Source: the human T2T-CHM13v2.0 reference genome, Homo sapiens. From it: 64,000 nt of DNA. The first letter of the stretch is position 1. The number at the start of each line of letters is the position of its first letter. The stretch lies in the NCBI RefSeq assembly GCF_009914755.1, contig NC_060940.1, one strand, 5' to 3'. Shown one piece after another: positions 32,815 through 47,667 of this stretch. Position numbers and translations under genes: made by a program. The notes beneath the pieces are model-generated. The model searched no databases. It worked only from the letters and a program-made list of their open reading frames with translations, and was not told the origin of the DNA.

Positions 32815-33580
32815 CAAAAGCCAGAGTGACTGGACATTGCCAAGCAGTCAAAGAAACCCCAGGGGCGAAGAAGAAATATGGGGAGAGAGCAGAAATGTCA
32901 AGAAGGGATTTCTGTAGTTATTTGCCTTGGAGTATGACATAAACCCTTCTTCCACCTCTCCTCCAAAATCAACTTCTCTTTTACTGTTTTCATATAAGTG
33001 AACCTGACTTTGTACTCTTGGTTCCTGTTTCCACCTAGCAGGTGCCAATGGCGGCATCGTTTGGGGTTTTGTGGTGGTGACCGAGCAGAGCTGAACCTCA
33101 AATCCTCGTGGGCCCAGGGCATAAACTGAGTGTGATGATGTTGGACCCAGAGGACGGCGGAAAGTTGATTTCTGAGTTACACAAAGTTATAATTTAAAAA
33201 GTAATAAAAGCTGATACAGAGAAGCTGTGAGAGAACAGAAAAGGAAGTACCTGTTTTGCCTCAGGGAAAGAGAAGCATCGTGGGAAAGTGACCATTAAAC
33301 TGAGTCTTGAAGGATGAATAACAATTATCCAGGAAAAGAAAAATGGGGAAAGGCATTCAGCAGAGACAACAGCATGAGCAAGGAGCGGACAGTTAGGAGT
33401 AGCCAAGGAGCCCATTGTGGCTGGAGGGGAGGGGCAGTCCTGTTCCATTCCATCCCATTGGCAGATTTATTCTGGGGAACGGTCAATGAAACCCCTCAGC
33501 TAAACAACACTGACATGTCGATGGGAATGGGTGTCTCTGCATGGCTACTAGCCCATCTTTCTACATTTATAAAACTTCTT

Positions 33581-33860
33581 GGCCAGATGCAGTGGCTCAC
33601 ACCTGGAATCCCAGCACTCTGGGAGGCCAAGGTGTGCATATCACTTGAGCCCAGGAGTTTAAGACCAGCCTGGGCAACATGGCAAAACCCCGTCTCAACA
33701 AAAAATACAAAAATTAGCCAGGCATGTTAGTGTGCACTTGTAGTCCCAGCTACTCGAGAGGCTGAGAGGTGGGAGGACGGTTTGAGACGATGAGGTCAAG
33801 GCTGCAGTGAGCCATGGATCGCACTGCACACCAGCCTGGGCAACAAAGCAAGATCCTGTT
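33581..33860 (+). mobile_element. AluJ (tail lost)
   Basis: Alu dimer body. Confidence 0.88.
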
Positions 33861-33861
33861 G

Positions 33862-34591
33862 GACTTGGTCATGTGACCTGTCTTAAACAATAGAATGTGG
33901 ACAGGACAGAGCTAGGTCCAAGCTGAGGCCTTGAGCAGCATCGTATCTTTCTTCCTCTTGGCACGTCTGCCCTCTGCCAGGAGAAGAGTATGCCCCACTT
34001 AGCCTTAAGTCCCAGGAAGAGGAGAGACATTGTTATGAGTTGAATTGTGTCTCCCAAAATTCACAGGTTGAAGTCCTATGCCCCAGTACCTCGGAATGTG
34101 ACTGTATTTGGAGATAAAGCCCTTAAGAGGTGATTAAGTAAAAATGAGGCCTTTAGGGTGGGTCCCAATCCAATCTGACTGGTGTTCTTACAAGAAGAGG
34201 GAATTTGGACACGCACAGAGACACTGGGGACACATGGGCACAGCAAGAAGGCACCATCTGCAAGCCAAGTGGAGAGGCCTCCAAAGAAATCAACCCTGCC
34301 AACACCTTGATCTTGGACTTGCAGCCTCCAGAACCATGAGAAAATTAATTTCGGTTGTTTAAGCCACCCACTCTGTGGTATCTTGTCATGGCAGCCCTAG
34401 AAGCTAACACATGTGTAGAGCAGACCTGAGCCCAATTTATAGCCTAAAGCAGAGCCTCTTTAGCCAAACCACATATCCATGACCAAAAAGTAAGTGTTTA
34501 TGGCTGTAACCTACCAACATCTTGCTTGTTATGAAAGTAACAAGCAGTTGCTTGTTAAGCAGTATGATGGCAGCAAAACCTGACCAATACA
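33862..34591 (+). mobile_element. MLT1H-like LTR (outer), split by MLT1B
   Basis: ggtcatgtgacc...aatagaatgtgg; ends gcaaaacctgaccaataca. Confidence 0.55.
34031..34411 (+). mobile_element. MLT1B-like MaLR LTR (inner)
   Basis: tgttatgagttgaattgtgtc...ccccagtacctcggaatgtgactgtatttggagata. Confidence 0.8.
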
Positions 34592-34809
34592 CTTTCATGA
34601 CTCAATTCACAGCCGTTTGGCTTCTGAACACCTGCGGAATTATTCTTGCTAAAAAAAAAAATACCATGCGGTGTTGGTTTAAAAATTTAATAATAAAATA
34701 AATAGACAAAAATAGAGAACATCAATCACCTGAATACCAACTGAGACAACTTGTTCGCCCTTATTTATTCTGATTTTGCTTTTGTGTGTCCTTGGAGATT
34801 GTGAGATCT

Positions 34810-35000
34810 AGAATGAAATTATCTAGGTTCAGATTCTTCTAGTTTTATCATTTACTAGCTTTGCCACCTTGGGCAAATTACTTTTCTTCTCCATATGTCA
34901 ATTTTCCCATCTGAAAGTTAGAAGTATAACACTACCTCCCTAAGAGTTATTAAGAAGATTAAATGAGTGAATGAATGGTGGAACACATAGTGTATTTTCT
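34810..35000 (+). mobile_element. MIR
   Basis: tttactagctttgccaccttgggcaaattactt...aagattaaatgag. Confidence 0.7.
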
Positions 35001-35492
35001 ATCACGTTCACTATTGGTATCACTGTCTGACTATACTAAGTAATATCTGCTAACTTATTTTGCTCTGTCCCTCTCCAACCCACTCCAAAATCTCAACCAT
35101 CCTCAAATCCCATGCCAGAAATCTGTGCCAATCCTGTTTTTTTCTTTTCATTCTGAACATCCTTCCAATGGAATCTCCTCCACACCTCTGGCTTCTGCTG
35201 TACCTACTCAAATCTATACCTTTACTCTCAACTTCTTTCCTGAACTCCAAAGCCACACTTTCTGCTGCCTATTAGGCATCTCCTGGCTTTACTCTGGAGG
35301 CTCCTGGTGTAGCCCTACACTGGTTGGAGATGACCATCAGAGACACTATGATCTCCCAAGGAGAAAAGAGACAGAATTTCATCCAAGTAAATATTTCCAG
35401 GTCTTCTATAGCTCCATAAAGATAATATGTCATAATGAGAACCCTAAGACATGCCAAAGTCACTAAAGGTAAGAATAATAAGTTGAATTATC

Positions 35493-35805
35493 TTTTTTTT
35501 TTCTTTATAGATGTGTTCTTGCTCTATCCCCTAAGCTGGAGTGCAGTGGCGTGTTCACAGCTGACTGCAGCCTTAACCTCCTGGGCTCAAGTGATCCTCC
35601 CGCTTCAGCCTCCTGAGTAGCTCGGAGTATAGGTGCACATCACCACACCACCACATCTGACTAATTATTTTATTTATTTACTTATTTTAGAAACAGGAGC
35701 TCACTGTGTTGCCCAGGCTGGTCTCGAATTCCTAGCCTCAAGCAATCCTCCTGCCTTAGCCTCTCAAGTCCCTGGGTTCACAGGGATGAGCCTTCATACC
35801 TGGCT
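35493..35805 (-). mobile_element. AluJ
   Basis: Reverse J-type dimer. Confidence 0.88.
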
Positions 35806-35859
35806 AATAACATTTTTTCTTGTGATCCCTGCTATACAAGTTCTTTTCCAAATGTCCAG

Positions 35860-36020
35860 GAACTCTATGCGGTAGGTACTACTATCATCCCTATTTGATA
35901 AATGAAGAAACCAAGGCATGAGAAGCTTATATAACTTCCATCACAAAGCTACAAATGGTGTGATTCGAAACTAGGCAGGTAGTCAGATGCTAGAGTCCAC
36001 GGTCTCAACTGCTATATTTT
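35860..36020 (-). mobile_element. MIR
   Basis: aactctatgcggtaggtactactatcatccctatttgataaatgaagaaacc. Confidence 0.65.
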
Positions 36021-36103
36021 ACATTCAGAAAGAAGGCCTGCATAATTTCTTAGATATTAAAACAAGCACTCCACTCCCATTGCTATTTTAATAATGGTAT
36101 TCA

Positions 36104-36685
<582 letters not shown>

Positions 36686-37081
36686 ACAAGCACTGAACTG
36701 CCTCTTGACTAACTTGAGTACTGAACTGCCTCTTCAGTGCTGAGTACCAGCAAGACAGATCCATTGGAGGAAAATTTCCCAGTTCCAGCACCCATGAGGC
36801 CCCACGTCGGGGCCTGACCCAGCCTCTCTCTCCATCTGTCTCTGGGACAGCATGAGTTCCCTGCCACTGAATTTCTCTGTGCGGCTCTGCTCCATGCTCT
36901 CTGCAACCAGCTTCCTATAACTCGTGGCTTCTGTTCCACCTCGGTGTCAGCTTTCATGCAACTTCAGCTTGCCACAGAGCTGACTTGGGCCCCTACCCGA
37001 TGTGACCCTCTAGCTCAGCTTCCCACTGCTAACTGGCTACAGTTTCTGTCTCTGAGTCAGATTCCTGGGAGAGAACATTAA

Positions 37082-37215
37082 TTTTTTTTTTTAAGACAGG
37101 GTTTTGCCATGTTTCCCAGGCTGGTCTCCAACTCCTCGACTCAATCCCAAGCTGATCCACCCATCTTGGCCTCCCAAACTGCTGGGATTACAGGCATGAG
37201 CCACCACACCCAACC
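37082..37215 (-). mobile_element. FLAM monomer within an old MaLR LTR
   Basis: Single reverse arm; TSD agagaacatt. Confidence 0.85.
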
Positions 37216-37388
37216 CTGAAAGAGAACATTGGATTGGTCACTGGCCAGTGAGTGGAAGAACTGGTATTAATGAGGTGTCCATCTCTGAGCCAATTAACTA
37301 CATTGGGTGGGGAATTGAATCCACGTAGTAGAGGGAATTAGAAATACCTAGGCTAAAAAGGAGAATACTTAAAAGGAAAAGGGACTTT

Positions 37389-37680
37389 GGCAGGGCAGTG
37401 GCTCACACCTATAATCCCAGCACTTTGGGAGGCCGAGGCAGATGGATCGCTTGAGGCCATGAGTTCGTGATCAGCCTGGCCAACATGGTGAAACCCCATC
37501 TTTACAAAAATACAAAAATTGGCTGGGCGTGCCTGTGGTCCCAGCTACTCAGGAGGCTGAGGTAGGAGGATCGCTTGAAGCTGGGAGGCGGAGAATGCAG
37601 TGAGCTGAGATCACGCTGCTACACTCTAGCCTAGGTGACAGAGCGAGACCCTGTCTCAAAAAAAAAAAAAAAAAAGAAAA
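37389..37680 (+). mobile_element. Alu (J/S)
   Basis: Dimer; TSD aaaagggactt/aaaagtgactt. Confidence 0.9.
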
Positions 37681-38247
37681 GTGACTTAAACTTGGGGAAA
37701 CTATGACAGGAAGAGACTTTACGTCTCTCAGCTTTCCCTTGATGGTCAGGGGCGTGATGTCTACATCACTGGTATGTTGAAGTAGACACAATCAGGAAGG
37801 TCCATCAAGAGATTTCTTTTTTTTTCTTTTTTTTTTTTTTCTTTTTTGTGGGTACACAGTAGCTGTATATACGTCAAGACATTTCTGCCCAGGGGAGGTG
37901 GTAACAGTCTCTAAGATCCCTACCAATTTGTGGAAAACTACAGATTAGCTGAAAAATGCATGGGCCTTAAATATTTTAAATATTCTCCAAAATACCAGCT
38001 TTCAGATTGTGGAAGTAACTTTTCCCCATCACAAAGTACACTCAGAGTCATCGCAGAAACACCAGAGACAGCAAAGGAGATACTGTACACCAGAAGGAAC
38101 CTTATCAGCCATCATCTTTGGTGACACTTGTCACCCTAATGGTCATCAGTCCTCCCTAATAAAATTAAACTCCACCCACCAGAATTAGAATTAAATGACT
38201 AATTAACAGGTTTCTGGATTCCTTAAATGTTTCATGTTATGTTATAA

Positions 38248-38578
<331 letters not shown>

Positions 38579-38599
38579 AGGATTGATTTTTAATTTGTT

Positions 38600-38741
38600 C
38601 TTTTTTTAATTTTAAGAGACAGGTCTCGCTTTGCTATCCAGACTGGAGTGCAGTGGTACAATCATAGCTCACTGCAGCCTTGAGCTCTTGGTGTCAAGCA
38701 AGCAGTGCTGGGATTACAGGTATGAGCTACTGTGCACGGCC
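38600..38741 (-). mobile_element. Internally deleted AluJ / monomer
   Basis: Right-arm 3' end joined to left-arm 5' end. Confidence 0.75.
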
Positions 38742-38821
38742 AACCACTGAAATTTATCTACTGTATAACCACGTTAGGTGCTATACTAGATCAGAGGCAG
38801 GATACAAAGATAAGAATCACA

Positions 38822-39114
38822 GGCTGGGCATGGTGGCTAACGCCTGTAATCCCAGCACTTTCGGAGGCCGAGGCAGGCGGATCACAAGGTCAGGAGATTG
38901 AGACCATCCTGGCTAACACGGTGAAACCCCGTCTCTACTAAAAATACAAAAAAATTAGCCAGGCGTAGTGGCACATGCCTGTAGTCCCAGCTACTCAGGA
39001 GGCTGAGGCAGGAGAATCATTGAACCCGGGAGGCGGAGGTTGCAGTGAGCCGGGTCGCACCACTGCACTTCAGCCTGGGCGGCAGAGCGAGACTCCATCT
39101 CCAAAAAAAAAAAA
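38822..39114 (+). mobile_element. AluSc-like (tandem pair, first)
   Basis: Dimer; flanked by aagaatcac. Confidence 0.92.
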
Positions 39115-39126
39115 GAATCACTGCCT

Positions 39127-39423
<297 letters not shown>

Positions 39424-39999
39424 TCACACTGCCTCTAACTTGCAGGGCCCACTATTCCTGGAAAGACAGAAGGCAAGTTCCTAAATAAGTTAATAAAGAA
39501 TATGTGGTAACAAATAGAGCATGCACCGTGGCTCACACCTGTAATCCCAGCACTGTGGGAGGCTCAGGAGGGAGGATCTCTATTTTATTCCATGAAGTGT
39601 GTGCAGGGATTTGGGAAACATTCTCCGAAGCAATATAATATGATCTGGTCCTTACAGAATGGTAGGAGTTGGCATATTCCATAAGACAGCCCGAGCAACA
39701 GCACAGAGGCAAGGTGCTAACGGGCACATTTGGAGAAAAGTAAACAGTCCATCATGGCTGGAAGATGCAGTGGAGGACAAGAAAGAAAGGGGAAGAAAGA
39801 TTACTGGATGAAATTTGGAAATGCAAGCTGGAAGAAACCTTAAAGGTAACTGCAATTGAAAAAGGCATCTATAATCATAATAATGAACTTCAAAGCAAGT
39901 CTGCTAATCATCGACCTTAAAAAGGACAATGATATGTGCTAAATATTTGGTTTTAATAACAGATTTCTAAAGTCAACAAGGAAGACCCTTGAAAGATCA

Positions 40000-40497
<498 letters not shown>

Positions 40498-41760
40498 CTA
40501 CACTCACTTGCACAACCAATGATAAAAATGTTGGGCCCATCAACCAGCACACTCACTGCAGCAGCAGTACTGAAATCTGCCTCTCATTTTCTTACCACTT
40601 TTCTGAAATTCCAGAGGAAGGGGTTACTGTTAAACAGCAGCACACGTTACTCTCACAGCAGCGCACATTAATAACAATTCAGTGCAGTGTCATGGAAGCC
40701 TGTAGGCTCTTAGCAGAATTTATTTGAAAAATAAAGTTTGTTTTTTTCTTTCCCCCTGAAGATCTTTACTTAAGTCAGCATGGAACTCTTGTAAAGATAA
40801 CTACCAATAAGTCACAACTACCCAAGGAGCAGTCTTGTTATTTTTTTAATTCACTGCTCACCATGACAACATAATAAACACACCTTTAGAGGCTCATACA
40901 TGCCCAACTATTGAAAATGTCATAGTTCCTCCTCCATGGCGCTCCCAGGCATAAACTTCAACTCTTTTTTTTTATCCTCTGAAATTCCAGTAAGTAAAAC
41001 ATCAATTTTCAACTGCAAGTTACTACTAACAATTTTGTGGTAAGTTCGCAAAACAAGCCTTATTTCATAATCCACTAATAATTACTAACCTTTTTTACTT
41101 AAAAAAAAATAGCAAACCATCAAGCCAATATGCTTTCAACATCTGTTTTTTCAATTTTTGTTTGGAGTTCCGTTAGATATTCCTGTATCCTTTCATAAAT
41201 GACTAATAGGAAAGATACAAGACTAATAGGAAACACAACTTTATGCAACTTCATTGACGGTTGGTTTCAGTTAACAGCTGGTCTTTAAACTACCCAACAT
41301 GAAAGCATACATTTTAGGGGAAAAAAAATTGACCCCAAAACTCCTTCATAAAATAAAGTATTTCATTTTTCAAAGCTTTAGGATTATTTGAGAGGCTATA
41401 GTACTAAAAAGCCCCTAGAGTTCTGTTGTTTTTTTTAAAAGAGAGAAAGTTAAAAGTTTCCACCTTTAAATATCAGAGACTAGAGATTTTACAATACAAT
41501 AAGTGTCAGAAATAAAATGCAAGTCCCTTCAAAGCCATATAAAAAAGTAAGCCTCTGTAAAAAGTTTTTCCTTCCTTCCAACAGTGAAGTATGAACCTAA
41601 AATCATAGCAAATCGTTATGACGGTCTTTCTGCAATGGTGCCCAGACATCCAAATTAGCCAAAACTTTAGGCTTGCATGTGCTGAGGTTAGTAATGATGC
41701 TTCCCTCTGATACTCCACAGTGGCTCCCTTTGGTTAAGGAAATACTATAAGAAGTGCACC

Positions 41761-42373
<613 letters not shown>

Positions 42374-42611
42374 GAAGTGCACCATGAAACAAAGCGTTCA
42401 ATTTCCCCATCCTTTATACACTCCCTTCCCAATGTACAGAGTCCACAACACAAAATCCATAAACTATGACTACTTTATTCAAATGATTTGGCTTTTTTTT
42501 CCTTCTCCATTCTGTGTCTTCTATAGCAACAAATTTGTTTTAAAGGCAGGGGCGGAGGTGGAGGACAACTCTACTCTGAGAAAATGTTAGCAGGTTGAAG
42601 AAGAATGTCTA

Positions 42612-42915
42612 GGTCAGGCACAGGGGCTCATGCATATAATCCCAGTGCCTTGGGAGGTCAAGATGGGAGGATTGCTTGAGCCCAGGAGTTGGAGACCAGC
42701 CTGGGCAACATTGTGAGACTCCATCTCTACAAAAATAATAAATAAACAAAAATAAATTAGCCAGGCATGGTGGCATGTGCCTGTAGTCCTAGCTACTTGA
42801 GAGGCTTCAGTGGGAGGATCACTTGGGCCCAGAAGCTGAAGGCTGTTATGAGCTATGATCGCACTGCTGCACTCCAGCCTGGGCGATAGAGTGAGACCCT
42901 TCTCTAAAAAAAACA
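42612..42915 (+). mobile_element. AluJ
   Basis: Dimer; TSD aagaatgtct/aagactgtct. Confidence 0.9.
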
Positions 42916-44636
42916 AGACTGTCTGATGCTCAGTGTCTCTTGGAGAATAAAAACCTATCTCTCACTCGAAGCTGCTTGCTTGGACTCATCTCTCTCTATG
43001 AAGCCTGCCAGGTCCTCACATACCAGGGGTGGTTTGCTTTCTCTCCAACAGGAATAATGGGCTTTTCAGCACTTTTGCCAAATTACTGACAGAAGGACCT
43101 ACTTCCCTTCCTGTGAAAAGAAACTGATAGTGACAGAAGAAAGAGAATAAGTTTAACCACTAAATTATACACTGCAAAGAATGGATGGATAAGTGAAACT
43201 CCCACATAACACTGTTCCAAATTCCTTCCCAGCCAAAAGTTTATAAGAATGGCCAAGAAGTCACAAAAGTACCCAATCTGAATTTTCTTTTCCTGGATTT
43301 TTAATAGCTTCTGCCTTACTTCTCTCTTTGGAACATATTATTTTTCATTAAGACACCAACAAGGAGCAGAGTTAATTATTGCATAAGTGGGACATGTCAA
43401 GAGATTTTACTTGACCATGCTTGTCTCTTTCAGAGACTAAATTAACTCCATAATTTGCCCCATTAGGAATAACATTCACAATTTAACATTTGTGTTCATT
43501 TTCTCCTAAGTGTAAACACTACCATTGTCTCTGGTTCCAAATAATTGGCATTTTTTACAGTAATCTTTGTGCCTGACACGTTGTCATGCATAGGTGAGTA
43601 CTTAATAAATACGACTGGGTGATGGATGTACTCAGTTACAGAATATTAAAAAATGCTCCATTTTTCAAGTCTCCCAAACAGCAAAACTGTTGTAGCTTTT
43701 ATGTCCAGCTTAGCTCAAAGCCTGCCTAATTCATTTCAAAAACTCACAAATGTGTAATCAAAGCTCAGAGACAGCTTAAAAGCACCTCTGTGCATCACAC
43801 CTGCCTGCCTAAAACACATAACACAAACTCAAAATCAAATACAAAGTGAATTGAAAAAATGTATACCAGAACTGGTTTTGCTTTCCCACATCAAAATTCA
43901 GATGAGGCATTCTTTGCTACCACAAGAAAATCGGGATTCAAAATTTAAATGTTATGATCTTTACTAAACAAAACAAAACCCTTCACACTATTTAACATTC
44001 CCTTCCCTTCTCTTCCAATATGAAAAAAAAGCCCATACACAATGTGTTATTCAAAGTAGACTGGAAATTCATAGTACCAACATGTTGGCGGCTAACTATT
44101 GTGTGTTGAAGGTAAGCACATCGCACTGTTCACAGCCAGGTGTTCTAGGTGTTCTATCAATGTTTTTGTGCTAACAATTTATCATTCAGTGTGGATGGGG
44201 CAGTGCCAGGCTGCCACTAGAGCAGCCTGGTGTGCCCAAGTTTAGAGAACAGGGAATGTGTCTTGGTTATAGAACAAAAGAATTCGTTTTATCACTTGCC
44301 TTTACCGCTGGAGAAAATGGCTCCTGGTGTGCAGAACTCCATGATAAATGTGCCCCCTCTAGTTCTTTATTGCCTCTGTAAATCACAGGACTGACAGCAG
44401 TTAATAAGAAAAGCTTTTGAGTGGTTTTGAAGTTTTGCTTTGTACAAATAAAGTCTCATATTAAAGATTTTGCTAGTCCTCAAGGTGTAGAAAAAGCAGC
44501 ACGGGTAGACCTTCTATACTTTTAACTGTTTGTTTCCTTTCTTTAATTTTCAAAACAAAAAGAAAGAAAACCCTTTCAGACATGCACATTGGAAAAATAG
44601 AAAGAGATCATAGCTTAAATGGCTTTGTGTACTCAC

Positions 44637-44684
44637 AGAGTTGCTGGTGCTGTTGAAATGACAATCTCTTCTTGTTTTTATAAG
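44637..44684 (-). other. Candidate 48-nt cassette exon of an unidentified minus-strand host gene
   Basis: atccag|CTTATA...AACTCT|gtgagt; about 75-nt AG-free upstream zone; TGCATG about 50 nt downstream; length divisible by 3. Confidence 0.35.
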
Positions 44685-46118
44685 CTGGATATTCAGATAA
44701 ATACCAGCAAAGATATGTGGTGGAAAGAAGGTTGTTACAGTAGATTTATTATTATGTTTCTGACCATAATTGTATGCTTTCCCTCTTTTGCCAAAGAAAA
44801 TTCTGGTTCAGTGCTGAGAACAAGAACTCTAAATTCCACAGAATTGATCAGCTGCCGGTTCAATCTCAGGTCCCAGGATCCTGAAATTCTGAAATCATAT
44901 TTCAGAATATAATTGACGTTAACAGGACTAACAATGCTATCTTACTGAATAGCTTTTTCTCCAAGGAGCTCAAAATACTTTGCCATAACAGCCTTACAAA
45001 ATCCTAAAGGACAGGTCTTATTATTTGTACTTTCTTGGGGGATGAAGCTGAGACACAAAAAGTAAGGAACGTCTTTTTCTGATTATTGCTAAATCCTCCA
45101 TAGAGTCAAAAACAGGACTAGAGTCAGTATTCTTCTCACAAGACCCCACTCATTTTACAGTTCACAAAGTAAGAACTCTGAATGCATTTTCCTGACAATA
45201 TTGCCACAGCAGAGTAAAGAAGGGTTAGTAATCCACATAAATTGGCTGAATAACTGTCTGTACAACAGAAATTGGCTAGTTTACAATCTGGGGTTCAACT
45301 TCATTTTGCCCCAAGCAGCAAGAGCAAATAAAAGTCAGGCTTTCAAATTATCTACTTGTGGAAGTTTGCTGCTTGGCAGGCATAAAGTTAAAGGGGCAAG
45401 ACGCTAGCTAATTTTAATGTAGACTTTTACAGAATTCTGATTAAGTCTACATATCCTAGCAGTGTATGAAGGGCCAAGCTTGAACATTAGGATTTCATTA
45501 AACAACACTTTACTGAAACAAATTAAGTCTAATGTTCCAGTGGTTTTGTTTCCTTTCCATGGTTTGCCTTATCCTAGTCTATTTCTGGCCAATTCTTTCC
45601 AAAGCAGATTTTCTTAACCCACAATTCCACGTAAATAAGAATGAACAAGAATCTGTATTCTTCCAGGCCCCTCTGCTGAGATGGCCAATCTGAACAGGTT
45701 GCTCCGGAGTCCTCTGTCGCAGTCAGCATCACAGAACTTTAGTGGGTAAAACTTGGTGCCTTTTCTTGAACCAATAGAGGCAAGAGACAGACGTGTGGTT
45801 ACTTCCCCACTGTCATCTCTCTGCATCCCGAGATTGTTCTCTGAGTCCCAGGATTTCACATGTGCCATGAACTCCTGTGAAATACTGAAGCATAATATAC
45901 TGGCAGGAAAACCCAGGATCTATCTGGATTCTTAGGATGAATTTCCTTGAATCTAATTGAGTTCACCAGTAGAAATCTGGCCAAGGTCCCTGGAGGTGAA
46001 GAACTCATGTCGAGGAAGTCAAGTCTGTCCAGATGTCATGTAGGTGCGGTCAAGTCAAAGTGCCCAAAAGAGCTTCCCTGCAGACTGAGAGCACACTTGA
46101 CACTCAAGAGACTGACAA

Positions 46119-46416
<298 letters not shown>

Positions 46417-46769
46417 TCAGAAGACAGAACAGACACTAGGATCCATGGGTATTGACCAGATTTTCTGGGGTTTAGAACAATAAGCCCCATATCTAAAGGA
46501 CCAGAGACGCTATTACTGGATACAGCTGGATGCAAATCTCAGCTTAACCACTTTCTAGCTTTGTGACTTTACAAATAACTTCATGTATCTGAGTTCCTTT
46601 AAATCCATAGCACTGGTGTATAATGAGGTTTATAAAGCACTTGCAAACTGCCTCACAGAGAAGGCACCCAACAAACCATTCATTAATTAATTCAACAAAT
46701 ACATGCCAGGAAGAGTGCTTTACATGTATTATTTTATTTCATCTTCACGACAATTGTATGATTAGCCCT

Positions 46770-47472
46770 TAGGTAACAGGAGGGCAATCAGGAGGACATT
46801 TTAAAAGAGACCCCTCTTTTAAAATAAATAAAACAAAATAAATAAACAAACAAATAAAAGAGATCCCAATCTAGAAAACTCAGGGCACCTCCGCAGAAAG
46901 AGGAGCTGGACCCTGGAATGCAGCCAGAGTAGAAACATGTGGCCTGCAGTCAGCCATTCCCAGAGGGGAACCCAAAAGTGCCTCTAGAGAGTCAGGACTG
47001 AGCATGTGCCAAGGCCAGAGAACACAACCAGCCAATCAGGATAGGATCTGCCAAGGAAGCCTTTCCTATCCCTCTCCCCTCCTCTCTTCCCCCTTGAAGC
47101 TCCAGGCCTGTGGTGGGATGGTGGAGAGGGGAAGCACCAGGAGGGGAAATGGAGAAGTCAACCCCTCCCCATCCCCTACTACAGGCTTATCAGCCTGAAG
47201 TAATACCCACCTTGGGAAGAAGAGCAGCTTGAACACTGAATGAAGGTCAGAATATGACCTGGACTGGTCATTTTTTTATTACACAAATTGGATCATTCTA
47301 TGGCTACAAACAACCAGTGTGTATTTTCTTAAGTCTAAAAGAGGCTGTAAAAGCTAAGAGATGCACCTGATATTTCACCTAGAGACAGGGGAAAAACTGG
47401 CCCACAGAGTGGATTTGACAGGAAGGGAGAGAACAGCTTGTTTATATACTGTGGAGTTCCACTCTTTCAACA
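46770..47472 (+). mobile_element. Ancient LTR remnant (MamGypLTR-like)
   Basis: Degenerate similarity (tgacctggactgg...aaagctaagagatgcacctgatatttcacctag) recalled from consensus. Confidence 0.35.
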
Positions 47473-47480
47473 AACCATTA

Positions 47481-47667
<187 letters not shown>

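Noticed and set aside
33132-33175. GTGATGA...CTGA as a box C/D snoRNA
   Set aside because: Only about 44 nt from box C to box D, with no terminal stem and no recognisable rRNA guide.
40636-40670. cagcagcacac resembling the 5' end of a miR-15/497-family miRNA
   Set aside because: The match stops after 11 nt and there is no precursor hairpin.
43570-43630. Strong plus-strand donor TAG|gtgagt
   Set aside because: Lies in an L2 3'-end remnant with no credible upstream acceptor.
45803-45874. 72-nt open minus-strand exon (EFMAHVKSWDSENNLGMQRDDSGE)
   Set aside because: The acceptor is plausible, but the donor AA|gtaacc is weak and the peptide is unrecognised.
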